From positions 3,758 through 67,757 of the forward strand of contig NZ_JABSST010000002.1 in the NCBI RefSeq assembly GCF_013213975.1: a stretch of 64,000 nucleotides of DNA, given 5' to 3'. The position numbers and the translations under genes were made by a program. The notes under the pieces were generated by a model that was not told where the DNA came from, ran no database searches, and worked only from the letters and a program-made list of their open reading frames with translations. The number at the start of each line of letters is the position of its first letter. Positions within the stretch are counted from its first letter, which is position 1. The stretch is from Winogradskyella sp. GTDB lineage: Bacteria > Bacteroidota > Bacteroidia > Flavobacteriales > Flavobacteriaceae. Shown here one piece after another: positions 25,920-36,035 of the stretch.

Positions 25920-28352
25920 TTATTTATGGAGTTCTATTCTAACTTCCTTATCTTCTTGAGTATTCCAATTTATTGGTATTGTCAAGGTTTTATATGTTTC
26001 ATTGTATTTACCCTTAACTCTTTTCTTACAAATGTTAATTCGTTTTGGTTCTTTTGAAATATTATGAATGGTCAACTCAATAGCTTTAAAATTGGCCTCA
26101 AAATTGTTTCCAGTTTCTGCTTTGAATTCAATGTTTAGCGATTGCCCTTTAATTTCGGAATCAAAAGTCAGAATTTGATAGTTTCCACTTGCATATGCAC
26201 CTTCTGTAATGCCATCATCAAAATAAAAATCACGACGAGATTGACGAACTTCGTTATGATGGTAATACTGTAATTGAAAATTGGAGTCATCATAGTCTGC
26301 AGTAGTTTGCATTGGCTTTGCTAAAGGTATAAAGGCGCCCGCTCTTACAAAAGTTGGTATGTAAGCTGGATGCGTTTTTATTAATTTGGTTTGACCACCT
26401 GCCATTATTTTGTCAGTTTCGATATTAAACCAATGCGATGTAGCTGGAAAATATACCGCTTGTTCGGTCTTTTCTGATTCTAAAATGGGAGCCACCAAAA
26501 TATCGTTGCCCCATAGGTAAGTTTCTGTATAATCCAGCAAGTCTGGATTATCAGGTTCTTCAAAAAATAAAGGACGCATTAACGGAGTCCCTTTTTTATA
26601 ATTTTCAAACATCAAATTGTAGTTATAAGGCAACATTCTATAACGCATTTGAATAGCAAAAGATGCTAAACGCTTGGCCTCCTCACTTCGATAAACAGGT
26701 TCACTAGGCACATCTTCTTGAGCATGAGGTCTAAAAATGGGCTGAAAAACACCGTACTGTAACCAACGCGTATAAAGCTCATCGTCTAAATTAGAACCAG
26801 CAAACCCACCTAAATCAGAATGCATATACCCAATACCTTGCATTCCCATTTGTAGAGCTATTTCCGGTTGTGATTGTAATCCGCCCCAACTTCGACTCAC
26901 GTCACCGGACCATGGTACTATACCATAATGTTGAGAACCCGAAGAACCAGCGCGCATTAAAATAAATGGACGCTTATCTGGATTTGCTTCTAAACTAGCT
27001 TCATAAACTAACTTTGCCCAATCATGCCCATAGATATTGTGAACCTCATCCGCTGACCCTTTTGCGTGTTGCACCCAACCAGGATGTACTTCTGGCTCAC
27101 CTAAGTCTCCCCAAAAACCAGTAACTCCAATACTAGAGAGTCCTTTGTAAATGTTTTTAAACCAAGTATTACCTTTCTTAGAATAAATGTCAATAAGACC
27201 TGTATTACCAAAGTAGAAATCATAGGTTGCAGAATTACCTACTGAATCTTTTGCAAGGACCTGGGCAAAATCAGCTTCATTCCATCTCTCCGAGGTTGTT
27301 AAAACAAATGGTTCTGTAATTAAAATAGTCTCTATATTTTTAGACCTTAGGTCTTTAATCATTGCTTTAGGGTTAGGAAAAGAATCTTTATAAAACCCCA
27401 AATTGCCCATGGCGCCTTTGATATCTTTCCCAAACCAGTATAAATCTAGAATAATAGCATCAACAGGAATTTTGTCTTCTTTAAACGTATTGATGGTCTC
27501 AATAGTTTCTTTTTGAGAATGATATCCAAATCGACTAGAAAAATTACCAAAAGCCCAACGTGGTAACATTGGCTGTTTACCTGTTAAATCGGTATAATGC
27601 TCGACAATATCATACCAAGAATTCCCGGCAATAACCTGATACGTTTTACGGCCCGAAATTGTTTCGTAGGTTAACGTGTTGTCTTTTTTACTATCTAAAT
27701 CTAAGTAACCAATTGGTGCATTATCAAAATGAATCATGTATTTATTTGATGACAATACAATGGGCATTGTATAATTCATCAACTCACTGCGTGTTTCATA
27801 ACCATAATGCGCTCTATTGAATAATGGTAAACGATTCCCCCGACGATTCATACCTAAAGCTCTAGCTCCACCACCATATAAGGCTTCATCCTTAGTAAGA
27901 TTGAATTCTATCTTTTCAGTTTCATCAGCAATAATATTATCTTTAACCAAATCCATAGGTTGATGCTTACTTTTATAATAGCCAAGCCTCTCAGATATTA
28001 ATGGCTTGCCATTGTAAGAGTAACTAATCTGAAATGGCTCAGTTGTTATCATAACTGATATTCCCGCACTTCCAAAAGTGATAGTATTCCCCGTATATTT
28101 ATAAGTAGTTTCAACAGTTTCAGAGGTCATGACAACTGCATGAGATTTACTATTGTAGTTGTCTCCATTTGGAATAAAGCTAGTTTCTATTATTTCTGGC
28201 GCATAGAACTGAAACATATATTTACCATCACTAGTTACAACCGTAAAAAGTCCATTTTCTTCACTATGCGATTTATATATACGTCTTGTATTTTGAGCAC
28301 AAATTGAAATTGAAAAAAATACAAGTATTATGTATAAAAATCTATGATTCAT
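25920..28352 (-). CDS. GH31 alpha-glucosidase / alpha-transglucosylase
   Basis: IILDLYWFG, WGDLGEPE (nucleophile), WSGDV, HSDLGGF, GVFQPIFRPH; signal peptide follows ATG 28352. Confidence 0.9.
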   Translation of the reverse strand: MNHRFLYIILVFFSISICAQNTRRIYKSHSEENGLFTVVTSDGKYMFQFYAPEIIETSFIPNGDNYNSKSHAVVMTSETVETTYKYTGNTITFGSAGISVMITTEPFQISYSYNGKPLISERLGYYKSKHQPMDLVKDNIIADETEKIEFNLTKDEALYGGGARALGMNRRGNRLPLFNRAHYGYETRSELMNYTMPIVLSSNKYMIHFDNAPIGYLDLDSKKDNTLTYETISGRKTYQVIAGNSWYDIVEHYTDLTGKQPMLPRWAFGNFSSRFGYHSQKETIETINTFKEDKIPVDAIILDLYWFGKDIKGAMGNLGFYKDSFPNPKAMIKDLRSKNIETILITEPFVLTTSERWNEADFAQVLAKDSVGNSATYDFYFGNTGLIDIYSKKGNTWFKNIYKGLSSIGVTGFWGDLGEPEVHPGWVQHAKGSADEVHNIYGHDWAKLVYEASLEANPDKRPFILMRAGSSGSQHYGIVPWSGDVSRSWGGLQSQPEIALQMGMQGIGYMHSDLGGFAGSNLDDELYTRWLQYGVFQPIFRPHAQEDVPSEPVYRSEEAKRLASFAIQMRYRMLPYNYNLMFENYKKGTPLMRPLFFEEPDNPDLLDYTETYLWGNDILVAPILESEKTEQAVYFPATSHWFNIETDKIMAGGQTKLIKTHPAYIPTFVRAGAFIPLAKPMQTTADYDDSNFQLQYYHHNEVRQSRRDFYFDDGITEGAYASGNYQILTFDSEIKGQSLNIEFKAETGNNFEANFKAIELTIHNISKEPKRINICKKRVKGKYNETYKTLTIPINWNTQEDKEVRIELHK

Positions 28353-28366
28353 TATAAAATTTTTAA

Positions 28367-28396
28367 GACCTCGTAAATACAATTACCTACGAGGCC
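28367..28396 (-). terminator. Intergenic stem-loop between the esterase and GH31 genes (terminator or RNA-processing site)
   Basis: Minus strand GGCCTCGTAGGT-AATTGT-ATTTACGAGGTC, 12 bp with G-U pairs. Confidence 0.45.
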
Positions 28397-28410
28397 TAAA
28401 TTAGCTGCTA

Positions 28411-29403
28411 TTAATCTACTCCCTTGCCTAAAAGGAATGTAAGTGGCCTATCCAGACGGCGATTCCATGAATTCTCTGAATGATCTGTTCCTTCGAAAAA
28501 TAAGTTTTTTGAGTCCTTATTTGAATAGCCTTTCAAATCTAATATTCTATCAACTTCTGGGGCATATTGCGGGTAATGTTGATCTAAAGTTTTATCACCA
28601 TAATCAAAATAAACCTTGTGATTCCCAGCTTTGGGAAAGCTTGACTCCATATAGCTAAAAATAGCCTCCGGAAATGGATTGTTAGCTCTTGGCATTGCAC
28701 CGACCCAATGTGTTGAAATACAGGCTGCACCACCAAAAATATTTGGGTATTCTGAAATAGCATACATAGACATTAGACCGCCCATACTAGAACCCATTAT
28801 GAAAGTGTGAGATCTATCAGCATAGACAGCATATTCTTTATCTATTATTGGTTTAAGCTCTTCCACAATAAACTTTAAATAATTGTCACCATTAAATTTA
28901 GAATCAACACTGGCATTGATTGCTTCCTTTAACAATTGTTCTTGAACCGACTCATCTAATAACTTAAAGGCCTTTTGAGGAAATAAATCTTGCCATCGCA
29001 TCTGCGGGATATTATGAATGGCCACGACTATAAAATCATCAGTTGTATTCTCAGTCATAAGCTGGCTAGCCCATTCATCTACTTTCCATTCTTGTTTATT
29101 CCAAGTAGTAGTACTGTCAAATAACATTTGTCCATCATGCATGTAAAGAACACTGTAGATTTTGTTTTCCGAATAACTTTCTGGCAACCAAACATCAACA
29201 GGTCTAGATGTTATATATTCTGAACTAATACTGTCAAGTCGCATCAATCGTCCACTGGATAAATTCACGGTAGTCATTGTCTTCAACTCATAAGTCGAAT
29301 TCAAAGCCATGTCATCTTTTAACTCATCTAAGTTTTTCTGCGCATGAGTTTTGCAGGCGCATGTAAACGTGCATAGAAGCAAAATGAAAGCGGCCTTTTT
29401 CAT
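28411..29403 (-). CDS. Alpha/beta-hydrolase esterase (Fes/CE1-like), exported
   Basis: VLYMHDGQ, nucleophile elbow GSSMGG, HSENSW. Confidence 0.85.
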   Translation of the reverse strand: MKKAAFILLLCTFTCACKTHAQKNLDELKDDMALNSTYELKTMTTVNLSSGRLMRLDSISSEYITSRPVDVWLPESYSENKIYSVLYMHDGQMLFDSTTTWNKQEWKVDEWASQLMTENTTDDFIVVAIHNIPQMRWQDLFPQKAFKLLDESVQEQLLKEAINASVDSKFNGDNYLKFIVEELKPIIDKEYAVYADRSHTFIMGSSMGGLMSMYAISEYPNIFGGAACISTHWVGAMPRANNPFPEAIFSYMESSFPKAGNHKVYFDYGDKTLDQHYPQYAPEVDRILDLKGYSNKDSKNLFFEGTDHSENSWNRRLDRPLTFLLGKGVD

Positions 29404-29405
29404 AA

Positions 29406-31373
29406 TTAAAATTTTGTCGTTAAAATAGTCACCCCTTTAGCCTTTAGATCCATAACCTCATCCCATTTTACCATCTCGTTGGTAATAACATTTTTAAGGG
29501 TTTTACCCTTTAATCCCATTTCCGCATGATAGTTAAGATCAATACTCATAGGCTTTTCGTTCTTATTGAGAATCATTACAACAGTCTCGTCACCAAGAGT
29601 TCTGTACAAAAAGTAAGTTCCCATATTTGGCGCAAAATGAACTGTTTTACCTTCATGAATAGCTTTACATTGTTTTCTAAAGTTAAATAACTTTTTAATA
29701 AATGACTGCATATCGGTCTGCATATTAGTTAAGCCTTGACCTGTAAATGCATTAACTTCGTCCCCTTTCCACCCACCAGGAAAATCAGTTCGTATTAAAC
29801 CATGGTCACCAGGCTTTTCAAAATCATTCATCAATATTTCCGTACCATAATACATCTGCACTGTTCTTGGCATCATAGCATAGGTAGCCAACGCCATTTT
29901 AGTATACTCAATATTACCTTCCATTTGTGTAAAAATACGACTCATGTCATGATTATCTGGAAAGACTAAAATATCTTTAGGACTGGCATAATGGAAATCA
30001 TTTGCTAGACCTTCATAAATCTTAATCAACCCTTTGTCCCATGACTCAATATCTTTAATGCCTTCAACCACTTTTCGTTGCATGGCAAAATCCATTGTAG
30101 ATTTAAGATTCGAATCATAACCGTCCTTATTATTTGCCCCTTTTTGCCAATAACCAATTAATAATGGATTATAACTCCATTCTTCCCCGACAATATTAAA
30201 GTTTGGATATTCAGTCATTATAGCTTCCGCCCAATTACTCATAAAGGCTTTATCTGGATATGGATAGGTGTCTTGTCTAATACCACCTAACTTAGCAGTT
30301 TCAATCCACCAAATGCTATTCTGGATGATGTACTTTGCCATAAAAGGATTGCGCTGATTCAAATCTGGCATGGTAGCAACAAACCATCCTTCATTGTTGC
30401 CTTTACGGTCTGCTTCAGAAGCATAAATGTCTTGATTAGTCGTACGCCTATGATTTGAGTTAATAGTATAGTCATTGCCCCAGTTTACTAAATTATCCTC
30501 ATAATTTTCCTGGAGATTAACCCAATTTTTAAATGGTAAATCCTTCATCCACCAATGGTATAATCCACAATGATTGGCCACTTGGTCCATAATAAGCTTC
30601 ATTCCCTTGTCGTTTAATTTAGCAGATAACGTTTTATAATCTTCTAAGGTTCCAAAACGAGGATCTATTTGATATAAATCGGTAACCGCATAACCATGAT
30701 AAGATCCGTGTTGCATATCATTAGTTAGCAACGGTTGTGGCCAAACAGCTGTAAACCCTAAATCGTGGATATAATCGATATGTTTTATAATACCTTCTAT
30801 ATCACCACCATGTCTTGCATAATCATCACTTCGATTTATGGTTTTTTCTTGTAAATCCGGTAGCCCTTCAATACCTAAAGGTGTATCATTTTGAGCATTC
30901 CCGTTAACAAAGCGATCTGGAGTTATCAGATAAATGGCATCACTACTATTAAAACCCATGTAATCTTCTGCTGGCTTCAAACGCTCCTTTAATTCATAGG
31001 TTACTGTAAGTTCTTCTTCATATGCGTGAGTAAACTTAATATTGAACTTACCTGCCGTTGCAGTCTCCGAGACGATTACATCAATAAACAAATAATTATT
31101 ACTATTATCACCTTTAGATACCTTTCGAATATTGATTCCTTCAAAAGAAATACTCGGAGAATAATCCCCAATATTAGGATGCTTAACTAATAACTGAAGG
31201 CTATCATTTTTAAAACCAACCCACCAATTCGGTGGCTCAATACGCTCAATAGCATTGACCTCAACAATAGCAGCATCAGCCTGTTTATTAGAATTTATAT
31301 CTGGTTCATTTTCGCTGCAAGATGTCATAAAAACCAACACCAGAATGGAGAAAATAAACACTATTCTTTTCAT
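29406..31373 (-). CDS. GH13 cyclomaltodextrinase/neopullulanase (SusA-like)
   Basis: IERIEPPNWWVG N-domain, YHGYAVTD, GIRQDTYPY, VGEEW, DNHDM. Confidence 0.9.
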   Translation of the reverse strand: MKRIVFIFSILVLVFMTSCSENEPDINSNKQADAAIVEVNAIERIEPPNWWVGFKNDSLQLLVKHPNIGDYSPSISFEGINIRKVSKGDNSNNYLFIDVIVSETATAGKFNIKFTHAYEEELTVTYELKERLKPAEDYMGFNSSDAIYLITPDRFVNGNAQNDTPLGIEGLPDLQEKTINRSDDYARHGGDIEGIIKHIDYIHDLGFTAVWPQPLLTNDMQHGSYHGYAVTDLYQIDPRFGTLEDYKTLSAKLNDKGMKLIMDQVANHCGLYHWWMKDLPFKNWVNLQENYEDNLVNWGNDYTINSNHRRTTNQDIYASEADRKGNNEGWFVATMPDLNQRNPFMAKYIIQNSIWWIETAKLGGIRQDTYPYPDKAFMSNWAEAIMTEYPNFNIVGEEWSYNPLLIGYWQKGANNKDGYDSNLKSTMDFAMQRKVVEGIKDIESWDKGLIKIYEGLANDFHYASPKDILVFPDNHDMSRIFTQMEGNIEYTKMALATYAMMPRTVQMYYGTEILMNDFEKPGDHGLIRTDFPGGWKGDEVNAFTGQGLTNMQTDMQSFIKKLFNFRKQCKAIHEGKTVHFAPNMGTYFLYRTLGDETVVMILNKNEKPMSIDLNYHAEMGLKGKTLKNVITNEMVKWDEVMDLKAKGVTILTTKF

Positions 31374-31417
31374 ATTTTAAATGTTTCTATTGTTCTTGTT
31401 TTGGAACCTTTATAAAC

Positions 31418-33724
31418 CTAAACAGTCACTAAACCATTTGGTGAAATTGAAATAGGTTTACCATTAACTATTATTTCAAGGTTATTATCTCCTTCCAGTT
31501 CAAAATGTGTGTGTCCTTGTCCAACGTTAACCTTTAGGATTTGATTTCTGAAATTAACTTTAAAAGAATAAGCTTCCCATTGCTTCGGAATCCTAGGTTC
31601 GAATGTTAAATGGTTATCTCTAACTCGCATTCCCCCAAAACCTTCTACGATACTCATCCAAGTCCCTGCCATGGATGTAATGTGTAATCCTTCGTGTACC
31701 TCATGATTATAATCATCTAAATCTAATCTAGAGGTTCTTAAATAAAAGGTATAAGCTTGATCCATACGTCCTAATTTTGCCGCTTGGATACTATGTACAC
31801 ATGGCGATAATGAACTTTCATGTACCGTAAATGGTTCGTAAAAATCGAAATGTATTTCTAAAGCTTCAACGTCAAAATGCTCTTCAAAAAAGTAAAATCC
31901 TTGCAAGGTATCTGCTTGCTTGATATATGGAGAGCGTAAGATTCTATCCCAAGACCATTTCTGATTTATTGGGCGTTGCGACTTATCTAGGTCTGCTACT
32001 GTAATTAACTCCTTATCCAAGAAACCATCTTGTTGAAGAAACACTTTATGTTCCTCAGAATACGGCAAGAACATATCATCTGCAACAGATTTCCATTCAT
32101 TAACCTCAGACTTAGAGAGCTTAGCTTTGTGCATTACTCGTGTGTAATCTGTAGCATATTCTGTTGCTACTCGATTAATATTTTCAATGGCATAATTGAT
32201 ACACCATTTTGCGATGTAGTTTGTATACCAGTTATTATTTACATTATTCTCATATTCATTAGGTCCAGTTACACCAAGAATAACAAACTTGTTTTTTTGT
32301 TTTGAGAATGTCGCTCTCTGGTGCCAAAAACGAGCAATACCTATAAGAACTTCGAGTCCCATTTCTGGGATGTAGCTATAATCTCCTGTATAACGATAAT
32401 AATTATAAATAGCAAAAGCAATAGCGCCATTTCTATGAATTTCTTCAAAGGTAATTTCCCATTCGTTATGACATTCTTCACCATTCATTGTAACCATAGG
32501 ATATAAAGCAGCACCATTTGAAAAGCCAAGCTTTTCAGCGTTTTCAATTGCTTTATCTAAATGTTTATATCTGTAGGTTAATAGGTTTCTTGCAACACTT
32601 TGATCTTTAGTTGCCATGTAAAATGGAATACAATAAGCTTCAGTATCCCAATACGTACTCCCTCCATACTTCTCACCAGTAAATCCTTTTGGCCCAATGT
32701 TTAATCGTGCATCTGTACCAAGATAGGTTTGATTGAGGTGAAATATATTAAAACGAATTCCTTGTTGTGCCTTTACGTCACCCTTAATGGTGATATCTGC
32801 CATATCCCATATTTTGGACCAGGCTTCTTTCTGTGCATTTAACAAGGCTTCACAGCCCGATTCCTTCGCCTTCTTTAATACCGCCTTCGCCGCAGAGACT
32901 AGTTCATATTTATCATGATTTCTATCAACAGTATATCCTCCAAATTTATGTATGGAATAGGTTTCATTCTGTTTTACATCATAACTGTAGCTAAAGGTAG
33001 CACTATTAGAATCTGCACTAATCTTAGGATCAATGATGACAGAATTACCATTAATAAAAACCTGTGACTCCATGAAGGTACAGGTATAAAAATCTGTCTT
33101 CATAGTTTTAGCTTGTATGAAGGCTTGATTATTTTCATGGCTCACATTCATTGTATCCCAAAACTTATCATCCCAATTGGTATCTTCATTGGTAATACCA
33201 CTATCTATATAGGGCCTAAATGAAATAGTTGCATCTGAGTTTAAAGGTTTAATAGAGAAGTCTATAACACCCAATTCATCCATATCTAAACTCAAAAATC
33301 GTTTGGTAAAAACTTCAATTTGAATGCCATTATTAAGTGTTGCTTTAAAGCTTCTTGAAAGCCAGCCCTCCTTCATATTTAACTCACGTCTAAAATCTTC
33401 AACTTTGTTACAATTGTGTAGATCTAACTCTTCATTATCAACGATAACCCTAATTCCAATCCAATTTGGTGCATTCAGAACTTTTGCAAAATATTCTGGA
33501 TATCCATTTTTCCACCAGCCGACTTTTGTCTTATCCGGATAATAGACACCAGCAATATAACTTCCTTGAAAGGTTGGACCTGAGTACTTTTCTTCAAAGT
33601 TAGCACGTTGTCCCATCGCACCATTTCCAATGCTAAATAAGCTCTCTGATGCTTTTACATGGTCTGGATTAAATCCTTTTTCAATGATCGACCAAGTATT
33701 CGGTATGATATAATCTAAGTTCAT
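31418..33724 (-). CDS. GH65 maltose phosphorylase
   Basis: ESLFSIGNG, IGPKGFTGEKYGGSTYWDTE, GPNEYENN, IKQADTL, HESSLSPC. Confidence 0.9.
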   Translation of the reverse strand: MNLDYIIPNTWSIIEKGFNPDHVKASESLFSIGNGAMGQRANFEEKYSGPTFQGSYIAGVYYPDKTKVGWWKNGYPEYFAKVLNAPNWIGIRVIVDNEELDLHNCNKVEDFRRELNMKEGWLSRSFKATLNNGIQIEVFTKRFLSLDMDELGVIDFSIKPLNSDATISFRPYIDSGITNEDTNWDDKFWDTMNVSHENNQAFIQAKTMKTDFYTCTFMESQVFINGNSVIIDPKISADSNSATFSYSYDVKQNETYSIHKFGGYTVDRNHDKYELVSAAKAVLKKAKESGCEALLNAQKEAWSKIWDMADITIKGDVKAQQGIRFNIFHLNQTYLGTDARLNIGPKGFTGEKYGGSTYWDTEAYCIPFYMATKDQSVARNLLTYRYKHLDKAIENAEKLGFSNGAALYPMVTMNGEECHNEWEITFEEIHRNGAIAFAIYNYYRYTGDYSYIPEMGLEVLIGIARFWHQRATFSKQKNKFVILGVTGPNEYENNVNNNWYTNYIAKWCINYAIENINRVATEYATDYTRVMHKAKLSKSEVNEWKSVADDMFLPYSEEHKVFLQQDGFLDKELITVADLDKSQRPINQKWSWDRILRSPYIKQADTLQGFYFFEEHFDVEALEIHFDFYEPFTVHESSLSPCVHSIQAAKLGRMDQAYTFYLRTSRLDLDDYNHEVHEGLHITSMAGTWMSIVEGFGGMRVRDNHLTFEPRIPKQWEAYSFKVNFRNQILKVNVGQGHTHFELEGDNNLEIIVNGKPISISPNGLVTV

Positions 33725-33762
33725 TATGTTTTGATCTGTGGGTGTATATAAAACCCAATTCT

Positions 33763-34419
33763 TTAGTTAGTAATTAGTGAGTTAATAAACTCATTTGAGA
33801 TTTCAGTGAAATCCTTAAATATATAATTGGCATGTCCTAATACTGATTTATCACCAATACCAATTGAAATCATATTAGCGATATTTGCGGCCTCTACACC
33901 TGCAACGGAATCTTCGAAAACTAAACAATTTTCAGGTTTAACCCCTAATAATTCTGCAGCTATTAAGAACACCTCTGGATCTGGTTTTGCCTTGCTAACG
34001 TCATTACCGTCAACAATAGCATTAAAATAATCCATTAAATTTACTCTTTCTAAAATAGTTCGAGCATTTTTACTTGCGGAACCTAATGAAACAGGTTGAT
34101 TACGTTCCCTTAGAAAATTTAGTATTCTTGGAACATCAATTAAAATTTCACTTTCGTCCATCTCAGCAATATGACTTAAATAATCGTCATTTTTTTTAGC
34201 CATTAACGCGGTAAATTTTTCATCAGAAATGGACTTATTACCCCAATCCAATATTTTCTCTAATGATTTTACACGACTTACTCCTTTTAATTGTTCATTC
34301 TCTTCTTCGGTAAAATCAATACCTAAATCATTCGCTAATTTCTTCCATGCCAAAAAATGGTATTTAGCAGTATCTACAATAACACCATCAAGATCGAATA
34401 TGAATCCCTTTTTATTCAT
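33763..34419 (-). CDS. pgmB: Beta-phosphoglucomutase
   Basis: HAD motif FDLDGVIVDTA, SASKNA, KPDPEVF, FEDSVAG; directly upstream of GH65. Confidence 0.95.
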   Translation of the reverse strand: MNKKGFIFDLDGVIVDTAKYHFLAWKKLANDLGIDFTEEENEQLKGVSRVKSLEKILDWGNKSISDEKFTALMAKKNDDYLSHIAEMDESEILIDVPRILNFLRERNQPVSLGSASKNARTILERVNLMDYFNAIVDGNDVSKAKPDPEVFLIAAELLGVKPENCLVFEDSVAGVEAANIANMISIGIGDKSVLGHANYIFKDFTEISNEFINSLITN

Positions 34420-34705
34420 CCTATTTAATTGATATTTGTAATGACATCCCTGCTACAATAAGATTGTATAAATCTTGAAATCATATAACCACAAGAGTAA
34501 AGTGGTTTAAATCATTGATAATAAAATCAATAAAAAGTTCGATTATGATTAAAAAATCAGTACAAAATCAATCGTAATAGTCGTAGTGATGTCACTTTAC
34601 TATTCTGATATGTTTAATAATTCAAAACTTACGGTGAGAAGTAAAAATATAAGTTTAATTATGGGGTAAAGATATAAAAGATTTTAAAATAACACGATGT
34701 AATTA

Positions 34706-35755
34706 CTATTTGGTTGACGCTCGTTCAATCAATTCTGTATTGATGACAATGGTATTAAAGTGTTCTTCTTCATCTTCATTTAGTCCTTTTTCTAATTTAT
34801 CAATCAATAAATTTGCTGCTTGTTCACCCATTTTTTGAGCATGCTGACTCACGGTTGTTAAACTAGGAGTTGCATGCTTAGACAACACACCATCTGTAAA
34901 TCCAATAACTTGTAAATCATTTGGAATGTCTAAACCTAACTTTCTCGCAACTTTCATTGCTGATAACGCGTATAGCTCATTAACTGCAAATACACCATCA
35001 ATATTTTTATTTGCTTTGAAAAGCTGCTCAATTTCATTTTCCAGAGCATCAAGATGTACTTCATAATCCAAGCTATCATCAATTTTTAGAATTAACTCAG
35101 ACTTTGGTATTAATTTATGATCATTTAATGCGTCCATGTAACCTTGAGTTCTCAATTTACCAACGCTTACATAATCTTTTGTTGTGATTAACGCAATAGA
35201 TTTACAACCATTTTCTACAAGTTTAGAGACCGCTTTTTTTGATCCATCTAAATCATCAACAATAACCTTATCACAATTTATATCAGAAACAACCCTATCA
35301 AACATTACAATAGGCATGCCCTGGTTCATTGTTTCATTGAAATGGTGATAGTCTTGCTGTTGCAAGGTTTCTTTTGATATAGAGAGAATAAATCCGTCAA
35401 TACTGCCATTGGCTAGCATCTCCATATTTATAACCTCCTTTGAAAAAGATTCATTAGATAGACCTACAATAACATTATAACCTCTGGTATTAGCAACAAG
35501 TTCAACTCCCCTTATAACCTTAGAAAAGAAGTGATGAACAATTTCAGGTATTATTATACCTATGGTATTTGTTTTTCTGTTCTTAAGACTTAATGCAATA
35601 TTATTAGGTCTATAGTTATATAGTTTTGCAAAGGCTTGAACTTTCTGTTTCGTATCATCGCTAATTTCTACGCTATTTCTCAAGGCTTTCGAAACTGTTG
35701 AGATTGAAACATCAAGTTCTCTTGCTATTTGTTTTAGGGTGATTTTTCGTTTCAT
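34706..35755 (-). CDS. LacI-family transcriptional regulator of the alpha-glucan PUL
   Basis: HTH ITLKQIARELDVSISTVSKAL, YRPNNIA, periplasmic-binding-fold sensor, PSLTTV. Confidence 0.95.
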   Translation of the reverse strand: MKRKITLKQIARELDVSISTVSKALRNSVEISDDTKQKVQAFAKLYNYRPNNIALSLKNRKTNTIGIIIPEIVHHFFSKVIRGVELVANTRGYNVIVGLSNESFSKEVINMEMLANGSIDGFILSISKETLQQQDYHHFNETMNQGMPIVMFDRVVSDINCDKVIVDDLDGSKKAVSKLVENGCKSIALITTKDYVSVGKLRTQGYMDALNDHKLIPKSELILKIDDSLDYEVHLDALENEIEQLFKANKNIDGVFAVNELYALSAMKVARKLGLDIPNDLQVIGFTDGVLSKHATPSLTTVSQHAQKMGEQAANLLIDKLEKGLNEDEEEHFNTIVINTELIERASTK

Positions 35756-35908
35756 AAACGAGAATTGATTAACTAAGTTTCGAAACGAAGATACATTAAT
35801 TTAACATTTGCATATTCTAGTATTTCTAATTTTAACAGGCATTTTTTGCAATCATTATTATTTTTCATTAATTTTTTTAAGTGATTCTCAATGAGAAAAA
35901 GTTTTTAA

Positions 35909-35926
35909 CACGAAAACGTTTTCGTG
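35909..35926. promoter_or_regulatory. LacI operator 1
   Basis: Perfect 18-bp palindrome CACGAAAACGTTTTCGTG with the central CG typical of LacI sites, in the divergent lacI/susC promoter. Confidence 0.85.
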
Positions 35927-36035
35927 AGTACCAGCAAAGGTTTTAACAAAAAAAACACCTGAAATTTACATAGATTTAACCCGAGAAGTAAAAATATAAA
36001 CCAATCTAACTAAGTAATTAACTTAAAAATATTTT

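Noticed and set aside
35777-35786. GTTTCGAAAC palindrome next to the lacI -7-like box (TATCTTCG, 35786-93)
   Set aside because: Only 10 bp and lacking the AAAACGTTTT core; a weak autoregulatory site is possible but unsupported.
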